Source: an archaeon (GTDB lineage Archaea > Nanobdellota > Nanobdellia > SCGC-AAA011-G17 > GW2011-AR17). Taken from it: DNA of 64,000 bases. Below the pieces are notes generated by a model. It made no database searches, had not been told where the DNA came from, and was given only the letters and a program-made list of their open reading frames with translations. Location: contig JABHYY010000018.1 in assembly GCA_018653605.1 (NCBI GenBank), positions 29,324 through 93,323 of the forward strand, read 5' to 3'. Made by a program: the position numbers and the translations under genes. The first letter of the stretch is position 1; each line of letters begins with the position of its first letter. Of the stretch, positions 18,614-29,087 are shown in pieces.

Positions 18614-20343
18614 TCTTTTTTCTCATATAACTTTTCAATCACTGCAGCAAATGCAGGCCGAGTCAAAAACACACCCATAGTAACTCCAACAATTGTAGTA
18701 ACTGCAAAACCTCTAATCAAACCAGCACCAGCATTCCATAAAGGGATCATAGCAGCAACAGTAGTTGCATACGCAACAAAGATAATAAAGAAAGCTCTTT
18801 TAATTTTTTCTTTCCAATTTGTAAACCTTTCATCTGCACCCCTAATAGCTTCATCAATAATAACAATTTGATGATCAACACCAGTTCCAATTGCAGCTAA
18901 GATACCAGCAATTGAAGCAACATCTAAGTTCCATCCAACCATTGCAGCAAATCCTAAAATCAAAAGCACTTCAGATAAAACTGTAGTCAACATTGGAATA
19001 ACAACTTTGAAAGCTCTATACCTAATAAAAATAACAACTCCAACTGCAATCAAAGCAAACAATCCAACCCACAAAATATTTTTCAAAAAGCTTTCACCAA
19101 GAACAGGAGAAACACTATCTAACTGTGCAATCTCAAGATCAAATGGCATTGAACCAGTTATCAAAATAGTTTGCAACTGATCCATGTTAACTGAAGCATC
19201 TTCAACAGCTTCCATTTTATTAGATCCATAACCAGGACCAGAAATAGAAATTTGTGTAGTTGACTTACCTTTCAAATCTTCACCAATATTCAAACTATCC
19301 ACCAACTCACCATCCAAATTAAAATCAATAGTTTCATTCAAATAACTTGACCCACTATCACCATAAACAACATCAAGATCTTTTGTAGCATCAGCCATTA
19401 TATCAGCAGCTTCTTGTGCCAATGTAACAGAAAACTCAAACTGACAATACCACTGAGTTCCAGAAATTTGGTTACAACTCCTTATCCCAGAACAAGACCC
19501 ATCATTTCTACAAACATACAACACATCTTCCTCACCACCCTCGAAAACCAAAGTCTCTCCAACATAAGCTTCAAACTTACCTTGTTGAGAAATCAAATCC
19601 CTAACTTCATCCTGTGTAACACCAGCAATCTCAACTAATATATACTGATTACCTTGCCAATCATTTGCAGTTCTAATAACAATATCACTCAAACCATAAA
19701 CATTCAACCTATTACTCAAAACTTTAATCAAATCAGTAATATCTGCATCACTAACTTGAGTTTCAGAAATAGGCTCTAACAAAACCCTAGTTCCACCTTG
19801 TAAATCTAAACCAAGAACTAAGTTAGACTTTTCAGCTTCACCAACAGTAATATCCAACATTTCACTAGACAAATATACAATCTCCCCTGAATCAGTTGTA
19901 ATTGAAATTCTATTTTTAGGAACCAACTCACCCAAATAATCTTCAAGATCTTCATTAGTTTCAAACTCAAGACCATTCAAACCAATAAGTGTAGCATCAC
20001 TTTCCAAATACTCTGAATTTAAAATAGTTAAATTTTCATCAACAACAAACCCAACATCATTTGTAATTGAATAAGCAGTAGTTTCAAGAGAAGTTTCAAC
20101 AACTAAAACCTGTTCCTCATACACCATTGCTTCAGTAGCATCATAAAAATCTTCTAAAGTATTAATTTCATGATCATTAATAGAATACAAAATATCCCCA
20201 ACCTCCAAACCAAACTCATCAGCATCAGAACCAGAAGTAATAGACTGTACTTCAATACCTTCAGCCCAAGGGTTAGGACTTATTGCAATAACAGCCAAAA
20301 TCAAGGCAGCCACTAATATCCAAGCTCTAAAAGGAACCTTCAT
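18610..20343 (-). CDS. secD: protein translocase subunit SecD (with PDZ-like insert)
   Basis: LGLDLQGG, RLNVYGLSD, IGTGVDHQIVIIDE, RGFAVTT. Confidence 0.92.
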   Translation of the reverse strand: MKVPFRAWILVAALILAVIAISPNPWAEGIEVQSITSGSDADEFGLEVGDILYSINDHEINTLEDFYDATEAMVYEEQVLVVETSLETTAYSITNDVGFVVDENLTILNSEYLESDATLIGLNGLEFETNEDLEDYLGELVPKNRISITTDSGEIVYLSSEMLDITVGEAEKSNLVLGLDLQGGTRVLLEPISETQVSDADITDLIKVLSNRLNVYGLSDIVIRTANDWQGNQYILVEIAGVTQDEVRDLISQQGKFEAYVGETLVFEGGEEDVLYVCRNDGSCSGIRSCNQISGTQWYCQFEFSVTLAQEAADIMADATKDLDVVYGDSGSSYLNETIDFNLDGELVDSLNIGEDLKGKSTTQISISGPGYGSNKMEAVEDASVNMDQLQTILITGSMPFDLEIAQLDSVSPVLGESFLKNILWVGLFALIAVGVVIFIRYRAFKVVIPMLTTVLSEVLLILGFAAMVGWNLDVASIAGILAAIGTGVDHQIVIIDEAIRGADERFTNWKEKIKRAFFIIFVAYATTVAAMIPLWNAGAGLIRGFAVTTIVGVTMGVFLTRPAFAAVIEKLYEKKD

Positions 20344-21218
20344 TCTTTTCCTCCCTTTTTCTTAGCATACCAAACCAACACACCCGCATTCATTGCATAA
20401 GTAATAATAACATCAACTAAAAGCCCAATCACAATAACCATAAACATTTGCTTTAGAACCAAAGAAGTTGCAACAAGGAAAGCAACACTCAAAGCAGCAA
20501 GTGTAGTACCAGTCATAGTAAGACCAGTTTTCATAGCACCAATCATCCGATCCACAGCCTTACCCTCTTTTCTTTTCAAAACTTTAGTAGTTAACAAAAT
20601 ATCAGTATCAATAGAATAACCAATCAACAATAATAGTGCAGCAATTCCAGAAGTAGATAAATTAACTCCCATCAAAGAAAGTATAGCTAAAGTAATAACC
20701 ATATCAGAGAACGCAGCAAACACAACAGCAAAAGAAGGAATAAAACTTCTAAAAGTAATCAAAACAACAATAGCCATAAACAAGAAAGCCAAACCAATAG
20801 CAACCAACATTTGCTGATAAAAACTCTCACCTAAAGCAGAACCAACAATTTCCAAAGAATAATTATCAGAGTTCAACTCAAACCCAATATAATCCTCAAT
20901 TGCTAATAACAAAGCCTCTTCATCAGCCTCACTAGTTTCAACAACAAACCCTATCTGCACATCAGAAGCAAACTCAGAAAGTTCCCTCACATTCAAATCA
21001 ACACCCAAAGTATCAATCAAATGTTGCTCTAACCCATCAAAATTCTCAGTAGAATAAACAGTAACAGTAATTCCACCCTTCAAAGAAACATCTTTATCTA
21101 TAATATCACCAGTCTGAACATAGTTCATAACTAACACACCTAAAGCCAAAATAACTAGTATAATAGGTATGATAAATAGCTTCTTATAATGCTCTGTGTA
21201 AAACCCTCTCAAATCCAT
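20340..21218 (-). CDS. secF: protein translocase subunit SecF
   Basis: SLKGG, IAALLLLIGYSIDTDILLTT, MNAGVL. Confidence 0.92.
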   Translation of the reverse strand: MDLRGFYTEHYKKLFIIPIILVILALGVLVMNYVQTGDIIDKDVSLKGGITVTVYSTENFDGLEQHLIDTLGVDLNVRELSEFASDVQIGFVVETSEADEEALLLAIEDYIGFELNSDNYSLEIVGSALGESFYQQMLVAIGLAFLFMAIVVLITFRSFIPSFAVVFAAFSDMVITLAILSLMGVNLSTSGIAALLLLIGYSIDTDILLTTKVLKRKEGKAVDRMIGAMKTGLTMTGTTLAALSVAFLVATSLVLKQMFMVIVIGLLVDVIITYAMNAGVLVWYAKKKGGKE

Positions 21219-21286
21219 ATCATTCTAAAAATTTCTTCCACTTATAAAGTTTTTTATGTAGGGAACTGTATAGTATTGACTCCACT

Positions 21287-21592
21287 TCAAAGAGATTGAT
21301 CAGAATTTCTATCCCAATCTATACTTCTACTCAGATGCCTATCATATTCAGCAAAATTAGTCCTACTTATTGTATAAAGTCCTGCCCCAATAGTTAAAAG
21401 TGAACCCATCATCAATAATAAGAGATCATCATCATTATCACAATGATCTTCATTCAAACAAGAACATTCTTCATAACTGCTTACTGTTTTATCAAGACTT
21501 CTTTCTTGAGATAAAGGATAAACACTAAGTAACCCAACACCACCCAAAATAACAATTCCTGCCCCTATCATAGGCCTTACATACCACTTCAT
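21287..21592 (-). CDS. hypothetical membrane protein
   Basis: two TM helices with a Cys-containing loop; ATGA-coupled to 21589. Confidence 0.6.
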   Translation of the reverse strand: MKWYVRPMIGAGIVILGGVGLLSVYPLSQERSLDKTVSSYEECSCLNEDHCDNDDDLLLLMMGSLLTIGAGLYTISRTNFAEYDRHLSRSIDWDRNSDQSL

Positions 21593-22047
21593 GTTTCTCT
21601 TCTTCTCCTATAAGCACCAACTAAAATCCCTAAACCGCCTATTATTGAACAAAATGAAACAGCACCTACAATAGATCCAAATAAATAAGGATAGCCTCTT
21701 CTAAATTCATCACATTCTGTCACTTGAGCATCTGAAATGTTATTTTCTCTTAAGTATTCTTCATATTCTTCATCAATTTTAGTAATACCTTCTAGTGCCC
21801 GATTAATACATTCTTCATACACCTGAGTAAAAGTTTCAGGACTATCCATAATACTAAGATCATCTATACAATAACTGCTTGATTTAAGCCTCCTGTATTG
21901 TCTTTCTTTTAGACGCGTTGCATTAAATATTAAGGGAGTACATAGAGAATTAAATTGACTACTATAATCTCCTAGAAAATAATTTCCTCCAACAAATCCT
22001 AAAATTAAAGCTCCTGCTCCAATTAATGCTTGTTTATTTTTCTTCAT
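21589..22047 (-). CDS. hypothetical membrane protein
   Basis: N- and C-terminal TM helices, four loop Cys; GAGGT SD. Confidence 0.6.
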   Translation of the reverse strand: MKKNKQALIGAGALILGFVGGNYFLGDYSSQFNSLCTPLIFNATRLKERQYRRLKSSSYCIDDLSIMDSPETFTQVYEECINRALEGITKIDEEYEEYLRENNISDAQVTECDEFRRGYPYLFGSIVGAVSFCSIIGGLGILVGAYRRRRET

Positions 22048-22111
22048 TTTTTACCTCAAAAAACCAACAAAACAACTAATAATATTAAACTAAGTAGTTG
22101 AGATTAATTTA

Positions 22112-22510
22112 TTACTCATTGGAATTTCTAATTGATGCCATTACTGTATCATATCTATTTTGATTCTGCTCTAATTGTCTCTCTGATAAACTCTCAGATT
22201 GTATAATTAAATATGGCATTCTTGGGTATCCCAATGTTCCTACTGCATCAACTGTTCCATCACTTTCATAATCCCAAATACCCCCATGTGCCATCCCTTT
22301 AATAAATGGAGGATAAAGAACTGTTGAATCTCCTTTCTGATAAGCACAATAACTTGTCATTCCATCCATTAACCTCTCTGGTCTATGACAACCAATTTTC
22401 TGAGATTCACCAATAGCAACAACAGATGCAAAGCTTGCTACTAATCCTGTTAAAATAATTTTGCCTGCATGTTTTTGTGCCAATTGTCTAATTTTATTTG
22501 TTAATTTCAT
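22112..22510 (-). CDS. hypothetical secreted/membrane-anchored protein
   Basis: N-terminal signal anchor, DYESDGTVD Ca-loop-like motif. Confidence 0.6.
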   Translation of the reverse strand: MKLTNKIRQLAQKHAGKIILTGLVASFASVVAIGESQKIGCHRPERLMDGMTSYCAYQKGDSTVLYPPFIKGMAHGGIWDYESDGTVDAVGTLGYPRMPYLIIQSESLSERQLEQNQNRYDTVMASIRNSNE

Positions 22511-22560
22511 TTTTTCTAATTACCTTACAAAAGTAGTGACGGCACCAGTATATAAAACTA

Positions 22561-22581
22561 AGTGGTGCATTATGAACCACT
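22561..22581. promoter_or_regulatory. inverted repeat AGTGGT-N9-ACCACT, putative TrmB operator
   Basis: in the divergent intergenic region upstream of TrmB 22621. Confidence 0.5.
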
Positions 22582-22620
22582 ATAGAAAGCCTTAAATATT
22601 TCAAAATCCCTAAAAAAAGC

Positions 22621-23331
22621 ATGCAATACCAGCTACTTAAAAAATTAGGAATTAATGAAAATGAAATTAAGATTTACCTATTCTTATTAAAAACAGGCGA
22701 ATCAACTGCACCAGCAATATCAAAAAACACTAACATAGACAAAGCAACTATTTACAGAGCACTTGACAACTTAATCAAACTGGGTTTTGTTAGTGAAATA
22801 AAGATAGACAAAATAAAAAGATTCACAGCTTCACCACCACATAAATTAATTGATAAAACAGAAGAGCTAAAAGAAGAGTTAGAAAAAATTGTTCCAGAAT
22901 TACAAAAGTTAAGTACATTACAAAGAACAACATCCCAAGTAGAGTTATACCAAGGGAAGGAAGGAATAAAAACAGTATTAAGAGATATTTTAGAATCAAA
23001 ACAACCTTATGTTATGATGGGACATGCTCAAACTTTCTTTGAAGAGATTCCAGTTTATTGTGATATATGGTTAAGTAGAATTGTAAAGAAAAAAGTAAGA
23101 GGAAAAATATTATATCCAAAAGGTGAGTTTATTAAAATTGCAAAAAATGAAGAATTTAGATATATGCCAAAAGAATTAACTTCTTTAATTTCAACTTGGG
23201 TTTATGGTAACAAAACAGCACAATTTATTATGACAACACCAGCTTATGTTTTACTAATTAAGAATAAAGAAGTTGCAGAGAGTAATAAGAAAATATTTGA
23301 ATACCTTTGGAAAAAAGCAAAGAAACAATAA
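22621..23331 (+). CDS. TrmB-family transcriptional regulator
   Basis: LGINENEIKIY..LL, wHTH IY..L..L..LGFV, YQGKEGIKTV, C-terminal FEYLW. Confidence 0.88.
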   Translation: MQYQLLKKLGINENEIKIYLFLLKTGESTAPAISKNTNIDKATIYRALDNLIKLGFVSEIKIDKIKRFTASPPHKLIDKTEELKEELEKIVPELQKLSTLQRTTSQVELYQGKEGIKTVLRDILESKQPYVMMGHAQTFFEEIPVYCDIWLSRIVKKKVRGKILYPKGEFIKIAKNEEFRYMPKELTSLISTWVYGNKTAQFIMTTPAYVLLIKNKEVAESNKKIFEYLWKKAKKQ

Positions 23332-23382
23332 CCAAACCTTTTTATATAAATAAACCTAATAAACTAATTAAAAAGAGGTAAT

Positions 23383-25722
23383 ATGGAAAGAGCCCTATTT
23401 ATAACTATAATAATACTTGTATTCTGTTTAACTATTTTTTCTCCAGGAATAATAAACCAAGAAATCACAGGCTTGACAACTTTAGACACAAACACAACAA
23501 ATGAAACAGAGGAAGCAACAACAACAGATGAAAACATAACAACAGAAACTCAAGACATAATCACACTAACCCTAAACTCAGACAAGTTCGCACAAAACAC
23601 AGAACCAGAAGGAACAATCTCTTTATACCTAACAAACAACATTCAAACAACACAAACTATCAAAGTTACAGTAGACTCTGTTTACGAAAAAACATTCACA
23701 GATGCACTAACACAAATGTCACACACTTACACAGAACTTTTAGGTGACACAACAGGTTCAAACCCACAAACATCAAAAAAGATTTCTTCATCCTCAGACC
23801 TAGCATTCCAAATTCCAAGATTTTCTGACATAGACTCAGTAACCTTAAACATTGAAGCTGAAAAAGCAGAATTGCCAACAATAGACTTTGGTGGCGAAGG
23901 TTTAACAGATTGGTCCTACACAGGAATTTTCACAAATTACACAACAGTGTACACAATAGCAAAAGACTTTGACTCAAGCACAGAAGGCACAGGCTACATT
24001 CAAAGTGACAACTATTACTGTGAATTTGTAACATTGCCAAAAGCAAGACATTACACAATCTCAGCAAACTACACACAACTTTCAACAAATGGTGACATTA
24101 AAGCAGTAATCCTTTCAGCACCAACAGGCCAACCAACAAGTGGCTGGCAAGGTGGATCAGACAATTGCGACTTACCAGAAACTCAAGGTTCATGTGAAAT
24201 AGAATTAGCATACGCAATTGAAGGTGACTACTTAGTTTGTATCTACTCAGCTGACACTGAAGACGAAGAAGAACAATTATACGAAATTCCAACTGACACT
24301 TCAAATGAAACAACAACAGCATTCACCTGTCCAAAAACAGAAGACAGCCTTTGCTCAAAAACATACAATGTAAACTTTCCAATATTTATCCAATCAGCAA
24401 ACTATGACACAAAAGCAAATAGCACTTTAGATATTGACGCATGGGAAACATCACCAACCTCAATACTAACTGCAGTAAAATACTATGTTGGAACTGACCC
24501 ATACGCAGGAGTTTGTAAAACAAGCACATGTTATGTTCCAATCTCAGTTGAATTCACAAGTGGAACCTTAAACTTCTCAGGCTTAGATGTAGTTTACGAA
24601 TACAATGGCATCCAACAATCAACAACAACATACTATGACTTAGTCACAGAAACATCAGAAATAAACACAATCAATTCAAAAAGTCTAGATGGAGAAACAA
24701 TAGAATTTGACCTAGACATATTCAACATCAGCTTACCAACAGTTAAAGATTACACAATCACTGTAGAGTTCCAAGGCAATTCAACAAGCACAACATTCTC
24801 AGTACTAGATGCTTCAGAAATATTAGATGCAACAACTTTAATTGAAAATTCACTAGCTGACTTTGAAACCTTTTTGAACCAAGCAAATCAGGAATACTAT
24901 GTGACTTACATGCTAGACTTAACACAAAGCATGCAAACAAAAGAAAATCAATTAGAATCTTACCAAAACCAAATTGGTTTCTTAGATGAAGATACATTGT
25001 TAGCACAAGTTGAATCAACTTTAAGTTCAATGCCAGAAAGTATAACATTCACTGATGAAACAACAGAATTTCAAGTAATAAGCTCACTACCAACTTCCTT
25101 AGACACAGATGAAATTTTAGAAATGCAAGATGATGTAACAGTTGAAGGTTTTTACAAAACAGTAACAATAGAATACTACAATGGTGAAACTGAAACTTAC
25201 AACTTAATAAGAAAAGAAATAATTCCACAAAAAAGTTTAGAAGAAGCTAAATTGTATGAAGTCACATCAGCTGAAGTTTTAAGTTCACAAAGAGGTAGCA
25301 CAGAATCATTTGGTTTATCTTATTCTATAGGAACTTTTGACGAGCAAAAAGATTATTATTATATGACAACTGAAGATGTTGGTTTAGGTGATTTTACAAC
25401 AGTTGTAACTTATGTTGAAAATGATGAAGAAGAAATTGTAATAGATTATATCTGTGGTGATGGTTACTGTGATCCATTTGGTGAATCAGCAGCATCTTGT
25501 CCTGAAGATTGTGTACAAGAAGGAAGCAGTAACATGCTTGTACCTATAATAATAGGAGTTATTGTATTAATTGCAATTATTGTTGTAGTTGTATTAAACT
25601 TGCCAAAGAAGAAATCTAAGCCAGTTCTAACAAGACCTGTAAGGAAACCTGCAGCTAAAGTTGTTAAGAAGCCTGTTAAGAAACCTTCTAGCTCAGGTCC
25701 AAAGCCACTTTTCAAAAAGTAA
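23383..25722 (+). CDS. large acidic Thr-rich cell-surface protein
   Basis: N-terminal signal with ITG motif, Cys pairs, CGDGYCD...CPEDC motif, C-terminal TM and basic tail. Confidence 0.75.
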   Translation: MERALFITIIILVFCLTIFSPGIINQEITGLTTLDTNTTNETEEATTTDENITTETQDIITLTLNSDKFAQNTEPEGTISLYLTNNIQTTQTIKVTVDSVYEKTFTDALTQMSHTYTELLGDTTGSNPQTSKKISSSSDLAFQIPRFSDIDSVTLNIEAEKAELPTIDFGGEGLTDWSYTGIFTNYTTVYTIAKDFDSSTEGTGYIQSDNYYCEFVTLPKARHYTISANYTQLSTNGDIKAVILSAPTGQPTSGWQGGSDNCDLPETQGSCEIELAYAIEGDYLVCIYSADTEDEEEQLYEIPTDTSNETTTAFTCPKTEDSLCSKTYNVNFPIFIQSANYDTKANSTLDIDAWETSPTSILTAVKYYVGTDPYAGVCKTSTCYVPISVEFTSGTLNFSGLDVVYEYNGIQQSTTTYYDLVTETSEINTINSKSLDGETIEFDLDIFNISLPTVKDYTITVEFQGNSTSTTFSVLDASEILDATTLIENSLADFETFLNQANQEYYVTYMLDLTQSMQTKENQLESYQNQIGFLDEDTLLAQVESTLSSMPESITFTDETTEFQVISSLPTSLDTDEILEMQDDVTVEGFYKTVTIEYYNGETETYNLIRKEIIPQKSLEEAKLYEVTSAEVLSSQRGSTESFGLSYSIGTFDEQKDYYYMTTEDVGLGDFTTVVTYVENDEEEIVIDYICGDGYCDPFGESAASCPEDCVQEGSSNMLVPIIIGVIVLIAIIVVVVLNLPKKKSKPVLTRPVRKPAAKVVKKPVKKPSSSGPKPLFKK

Positions 25723-25757
25723 ATCTTTTAAAGGTTGAATAATTCTAACAAAGCTAT

Positions 25758-25829
25758 GCGTGGATAGTTCAACGGCTAGAATTCTGGCCTTCCAAGCCAG
25801 CGATCCGGGTTCGAATCCCGGTCCGCGCA
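25758..25829 (+). tRNA. tRNA-Gly(TCC)
   Basis: GCGTGGA/TCCGCGC acceptor, CTGGC-CT-TCC-AA-GCCAG anticodon arm, CCGGG-TTCGAAT-CCCGG T arm; no encoded CCA. Confidence 0.95.
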
Positions 25830-25833
25830 GATT

Positions 25834-26505
25834 TTATCTTTCTATTTTTGATTCAGCAATTACTGCAGAATAATATTCTATTAGTTTTTGAGTTAATTCT
25901 ATAACTTCCACTGAAAGAGCAGGTTGACTTAGATTAATCTCTTTTGGAGCATAGTGTTCAAAAGACTCAACACATAACTTCCATAAATCTTCACCAAACC
26001 TAAGCCCCTCTCTCAAAAATTTTGAATCCTCTAAATCAACAGTAAGATCTTCATGTGCTTCAACTCGATTCATAAGCTGAAAAGCATATTTATATTTGGG
26101 CCTCTCCAATACTGGACCACCCCAATCAAAGAATTTATTACGATAATCTGGAGAAAAAAGGATAGTTTTACTTTCCGCAGGTATATGAGGATAATATGCT
26201 TGAGCAGTCACATATACACCATTTTGTTCTAAAACTCTCACAGGAATTTCAGATATATTACCGTGAAAAAGTCCAAACTGATATTTTGCACAAAATTGAT
26301 CAATTGGAAAATCACCTCTCACAACTTCATCATGTGCCATTTTCATAATACGAGCATGTAAAACAGCATCAGTACCATATTCTACAAAACCCACAAAAGT
26401 CATCAATGAACGATACCTTTGTGACTGTTCTTCATCATTTCTATCTACAAAAGCTAATTGGTCTAATTTCCTTCTAATTCCATTATCAAGATGAGCCTCT
26501 ACCAT
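25834..26505 (-). CDS. hypothetical protein
   Basis: 223-aa ORF converging on tRNA-Gly; no motif recognised. Confidence 0.6.
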   Translation of the reverse strand: MVEAHLDNGIRRKLDQLAFVDRNDEEQSQRYRSLMTFVGFVEYGTDAVLHARIMKMAHDEVVRGDFPIDQFCAKYQFGLFHGNISEIPVRVLEQNGVYVTAQAYYPHIPAESKTILFSPDYRNKFFDWGGPVLERPKYKYAFQLMNRVEAHEDLTVDLEDSKFLREGLRFGEDLWKLCVESFEHYAPKEINLSQPALSVEVIELTQKLIEYYSAVIAESKIER

Positions 26506-26579
26506 TAAATTTTACTGAAAAAAGATGATTTATAAGTTTTCTGGTTTGTACTTACTAATAGATAATAAATATCTAAGCA

Positions 26580-26623
26580 AAGTAAAAAAATTCAATTAAA
26601 CAAAGCAGTCAACACAAAAAACA
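26580..26623. repeat. dispersed gene-boundary repeat with core AGCAGTCAACAC (other copies 30274-30285 and 31946-31957)
   Basis: exact 12-bp core in three gene-boundary positions; copies 1 and 2 align over about 44 bp; copies 2 and 3 share downstream AAACACCCT. Confidence 0.7.
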
Positions 26624-26730
26624 GAATTACCCCAAAACAAGTATTTTCCTCTATAATAGATTATCAATCTTGAATAAACCTACAATCTAAAAACAAAAAG
26701 TTTAAATAATTAAGTAATTTAATATTAATA

Positions 26731-27483
26731 ATGGTTAAAGAAGATTTTGTCGATTTAAAAGCAAGAGCTAAAAAAGAAGAAGAAACAAAAAGAAAGGATA
26801 AAGAATTCTGGGATCACTACCATGCCATTAAAAATAGTTTTCTATTAGAGCTTTCTGCTAAAACAAGTAAAGAATATGTATTTGGTGAAGGAGGAGATAT
26901 TTTTGAGAAAACAAGCTTTCACAAACCCAACAAAAAAGTGGGAAATATTTACATAAGTTCTGGTAAAAGATACATAAATGAAATTAAACTTAATCTTTAT
27001 GATGAAAGTATAGAAAAAGAATTCAGTTCACAAATTAAAAAGTTTGAAAAAAATTTACAACAAGATCCAATTATTAGGTATGGAAATAAAATTGAATATC
27101 TAAAGTTAACTCCAAAAGTAGTAGAAGAACGTGCTAAAGAAAAAACAAGAGAAGAAGACAAAATTAAAAGTTTTTGGGCTCAATTCAGATCTATTGAAAG
27201 TAATTTTTTGGCTAGGCTTTCTACTAAAACTGGTAAAAAATATAAATTGGGAGAACATGGAAGTATCGTAGAGAAAAAGAGTTGGTTCAGATCTAAAGAA
27301 ATAGGAAGCATTTACATGGACATCAGTTATGAAAGCGCTATGATATATAAAATTGAAATTGCTCTTTTTGATCAAAGTATAGAAAAAGAATTTGGTTTGC
27401 AGGTTGTAGAGTTTGAAAAAGAATTAAAGGAAGATCCAACTATTAATTTTAGACACCACATTGCATATAGAAAAGTATGGTAA
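26731..27483 (+). CDS. hypothetical protein made of two homologous halves
   Basis: RAK...FW...FL..LS.KT...GE.G.I.EK...G.IY...D.SIEKEF..Q...FEK.L..DP occurs twice. Confidence 0.7.
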   Translation: MVKEDFVDLKARAKKEEETKRKDKEFWDHYHAIKNSFLLELSAKTSKEYVFGEGGDIFEKTSFHKPNKKVGNIYISSGKRYINEIKLNLYDESIEKEFSSQIKKFEKNLQQDPIIRYGNKIEYLKLTPKVVEERAKEKTREEDKIKSFWAQFRSIESNFLARLSTKTGKKYKLGEHGSIVEKKSWFRSKEIGSIYMDISYESAMIYKIEIALFDQSIEKEFGLQVVEFEKELKEDPTINFRHHIAYRKVW

Positions 27484-27522
27484 ATTTACTCAGATTACAA
27501 AAAATAAACACAAACCAAAGAA

Positions 27523-29016
27523 TTACCCAAAAACCAATCTTTTCTGCCTTTTCTTCTCAGCATAACTATGAGGAACATAAATTCCCTTCTTAGTCTTAGG
27601 ATCCATTGAAGTGTAATACATGCAAGTTGACACAGTCATTGGAGTAGGAGTGAACACTTGCACTTTCTCAGCATTCCTTAACCTCTTAACAACCCGAGCC
27701 AACTCTTCAGCCTCATCCATTGTAGAACCAGGATGCGCAGTCATAAAATAAAAAGACAATTTACGACCAGTCCGAGCAAAATACTTAACAAACTCCTTAA
27801 GATTACCCCTATTCTTATTCATCAACTTCAAAACATTTTCATTAACATGCTCAGGGGCAATTTTCAAATCATTAAAAACATGATACTTAGCAATTTCATC
27901 AACCAATGCAGGAGAAGCTAAGTCATACCTAATCCCAGAACGAATACTCAACTTCTTAACACCAACAACCCCTCTAATTCTTTTCAACAAACCCAACAAC
28001 CTTTTATTACTAACATCCAACTGATCACAATCAATACAATCCCTTCCACACTTGTTACAATCCATTCCATACATGTTCGCAGAAGGACCAGACAAATCAT
28101 CAATATTTCCTTTGAAATGTCTAAGCTTAGTTATCTTCTTAACCTCTCTCAGAATAGACTCTTCAGAACGAGAAATAATCCTATCACCTTGCAACAACCG
28201 AACAGAACAAAAATTACAATTACCAACACAACCCCTATGAGTCACAACACTAAATTCAAAACCCTTTAACTCTTTAGGAGCTTTCCTAGTAAATCCTAAT
28301 TCATAATACTCATCCAAATCTTTAGAAGTATACTTAGGAAATTTATACTGAATAACATACCTATTGTCAATCTTTTGAATAAGATCAGCTTTGTTAGTAA
28401 ACATGTTTTGCATATCACAAAACTTTTCCTTAGAATTCATAACATCATCATAAGAAGGCAACTCTTTCCCAGACAACTCTTTTGTAATAATACAAGTACC
28501 TTCAATCCCAAATAAGTCTTTACCTTTCTTAATCCTGGAGGCTATTTCCAAAACCTGTTTCTCTGCACTACCATAAGCCATAATATCAGCTCTAGTATCA
28601 AACAGTATAGGTTTTCTTAACCTATTTTGCCAATAATCATAATGAACAAACCTTCTAAGTGAAGCTTCAGTTCCACCCAAAACAATAATTGACCCTTTGA
28701 ACATGTGCTTTATCCAATTACTATAAACACTAACAGCACGATCAGGAACCTTTTCAGCATAATCAACATGATCATCATCCTCTCTCAACCTTTTCAAAGG
28801 AGTGTAATTTCTAACCATAGAATCAATAGTTCCAGAAGTAACACCAAAAAACAACTTAGGCTTTCCTAACTTTGTAATCTCTTCCTCTTTCACAGGTTTT
28901 TCAATGATTCCAACAGTAAAACCATGCTTTTCTAACCACCTTTTCAGTATAGCAACACCACACAAAGGATGATCAAAGTAAAGCTCTCCTGTAACAAAGA
29001 TTATATCATATTCCAT
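27523..29016 (-). CDS. ygiQ: YgiQ/UPF0313 radical SAM protein
   Basis: GELYFDHP, EASLRRFVHYDYW, THRGCVGNCNFC, SGIRYDL, YFMTAHPG, QVFTPTPMT. Confidence 0.9.
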   Translation of the reverse strand: MEYDIIFVTGELYFDHPLCGVAILKRWLEKHGFTVGIIEKPVKEEEITKLGKPKLFFGVTSGTIDSMVRNYTPLKRLREDDDHVDYAEKVPDRAVSVYSNWIKHMFKGSIIVLGGTEASLRRFVHYDYWQNRLRKPILFDTRADIMAYGSAEKQVLEIASRIKKGKDLFGIEGTCIITKELSGKELPSYDDVMNSKEKFCDMQNMFTNKADLIQKIDNRYVIQYKFPKYTSKDLDEYYELGFTRKAPKELKGFEFSVVTHRGCVGNCNFCSVRLLQGDRIISRSEESILREVKKITKLRHFKGNIDDLSGPSANMYGMDCNKCGRDCIDCDQLDVSNKRLLGLLKRIRGVVGVKKLSIRSGIRYDLASPALVDEIAKYHVFNDLKIAPEHVNENVLKLMNKNRGNLKEFVKYFARTGRKLSFYFMTAHPGSTMDEAEELARVVKRLRNAEKVQVFTPTPMTVSTCMYYTSMDPKTKKGIYVPHSYAEKKRQKRLVFG

Positions 29017-29087
29017 TTATAAAAGAAAATTTAGTTGCTTTTTAAAGGTATGCTATGAAAAGAATATGTCCTAATGATAATACTAGT

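Noticed and set aside
16561-21218. apt, relA-like and secDF neighbourhood resembling Firmicutes synteny, suggesting a bacterial block transfer
   Set aside because: secD/secF are archaeal-type and oppositely oriented, and the RelA-like protein lacks long-RSH architecture; likely coincidence
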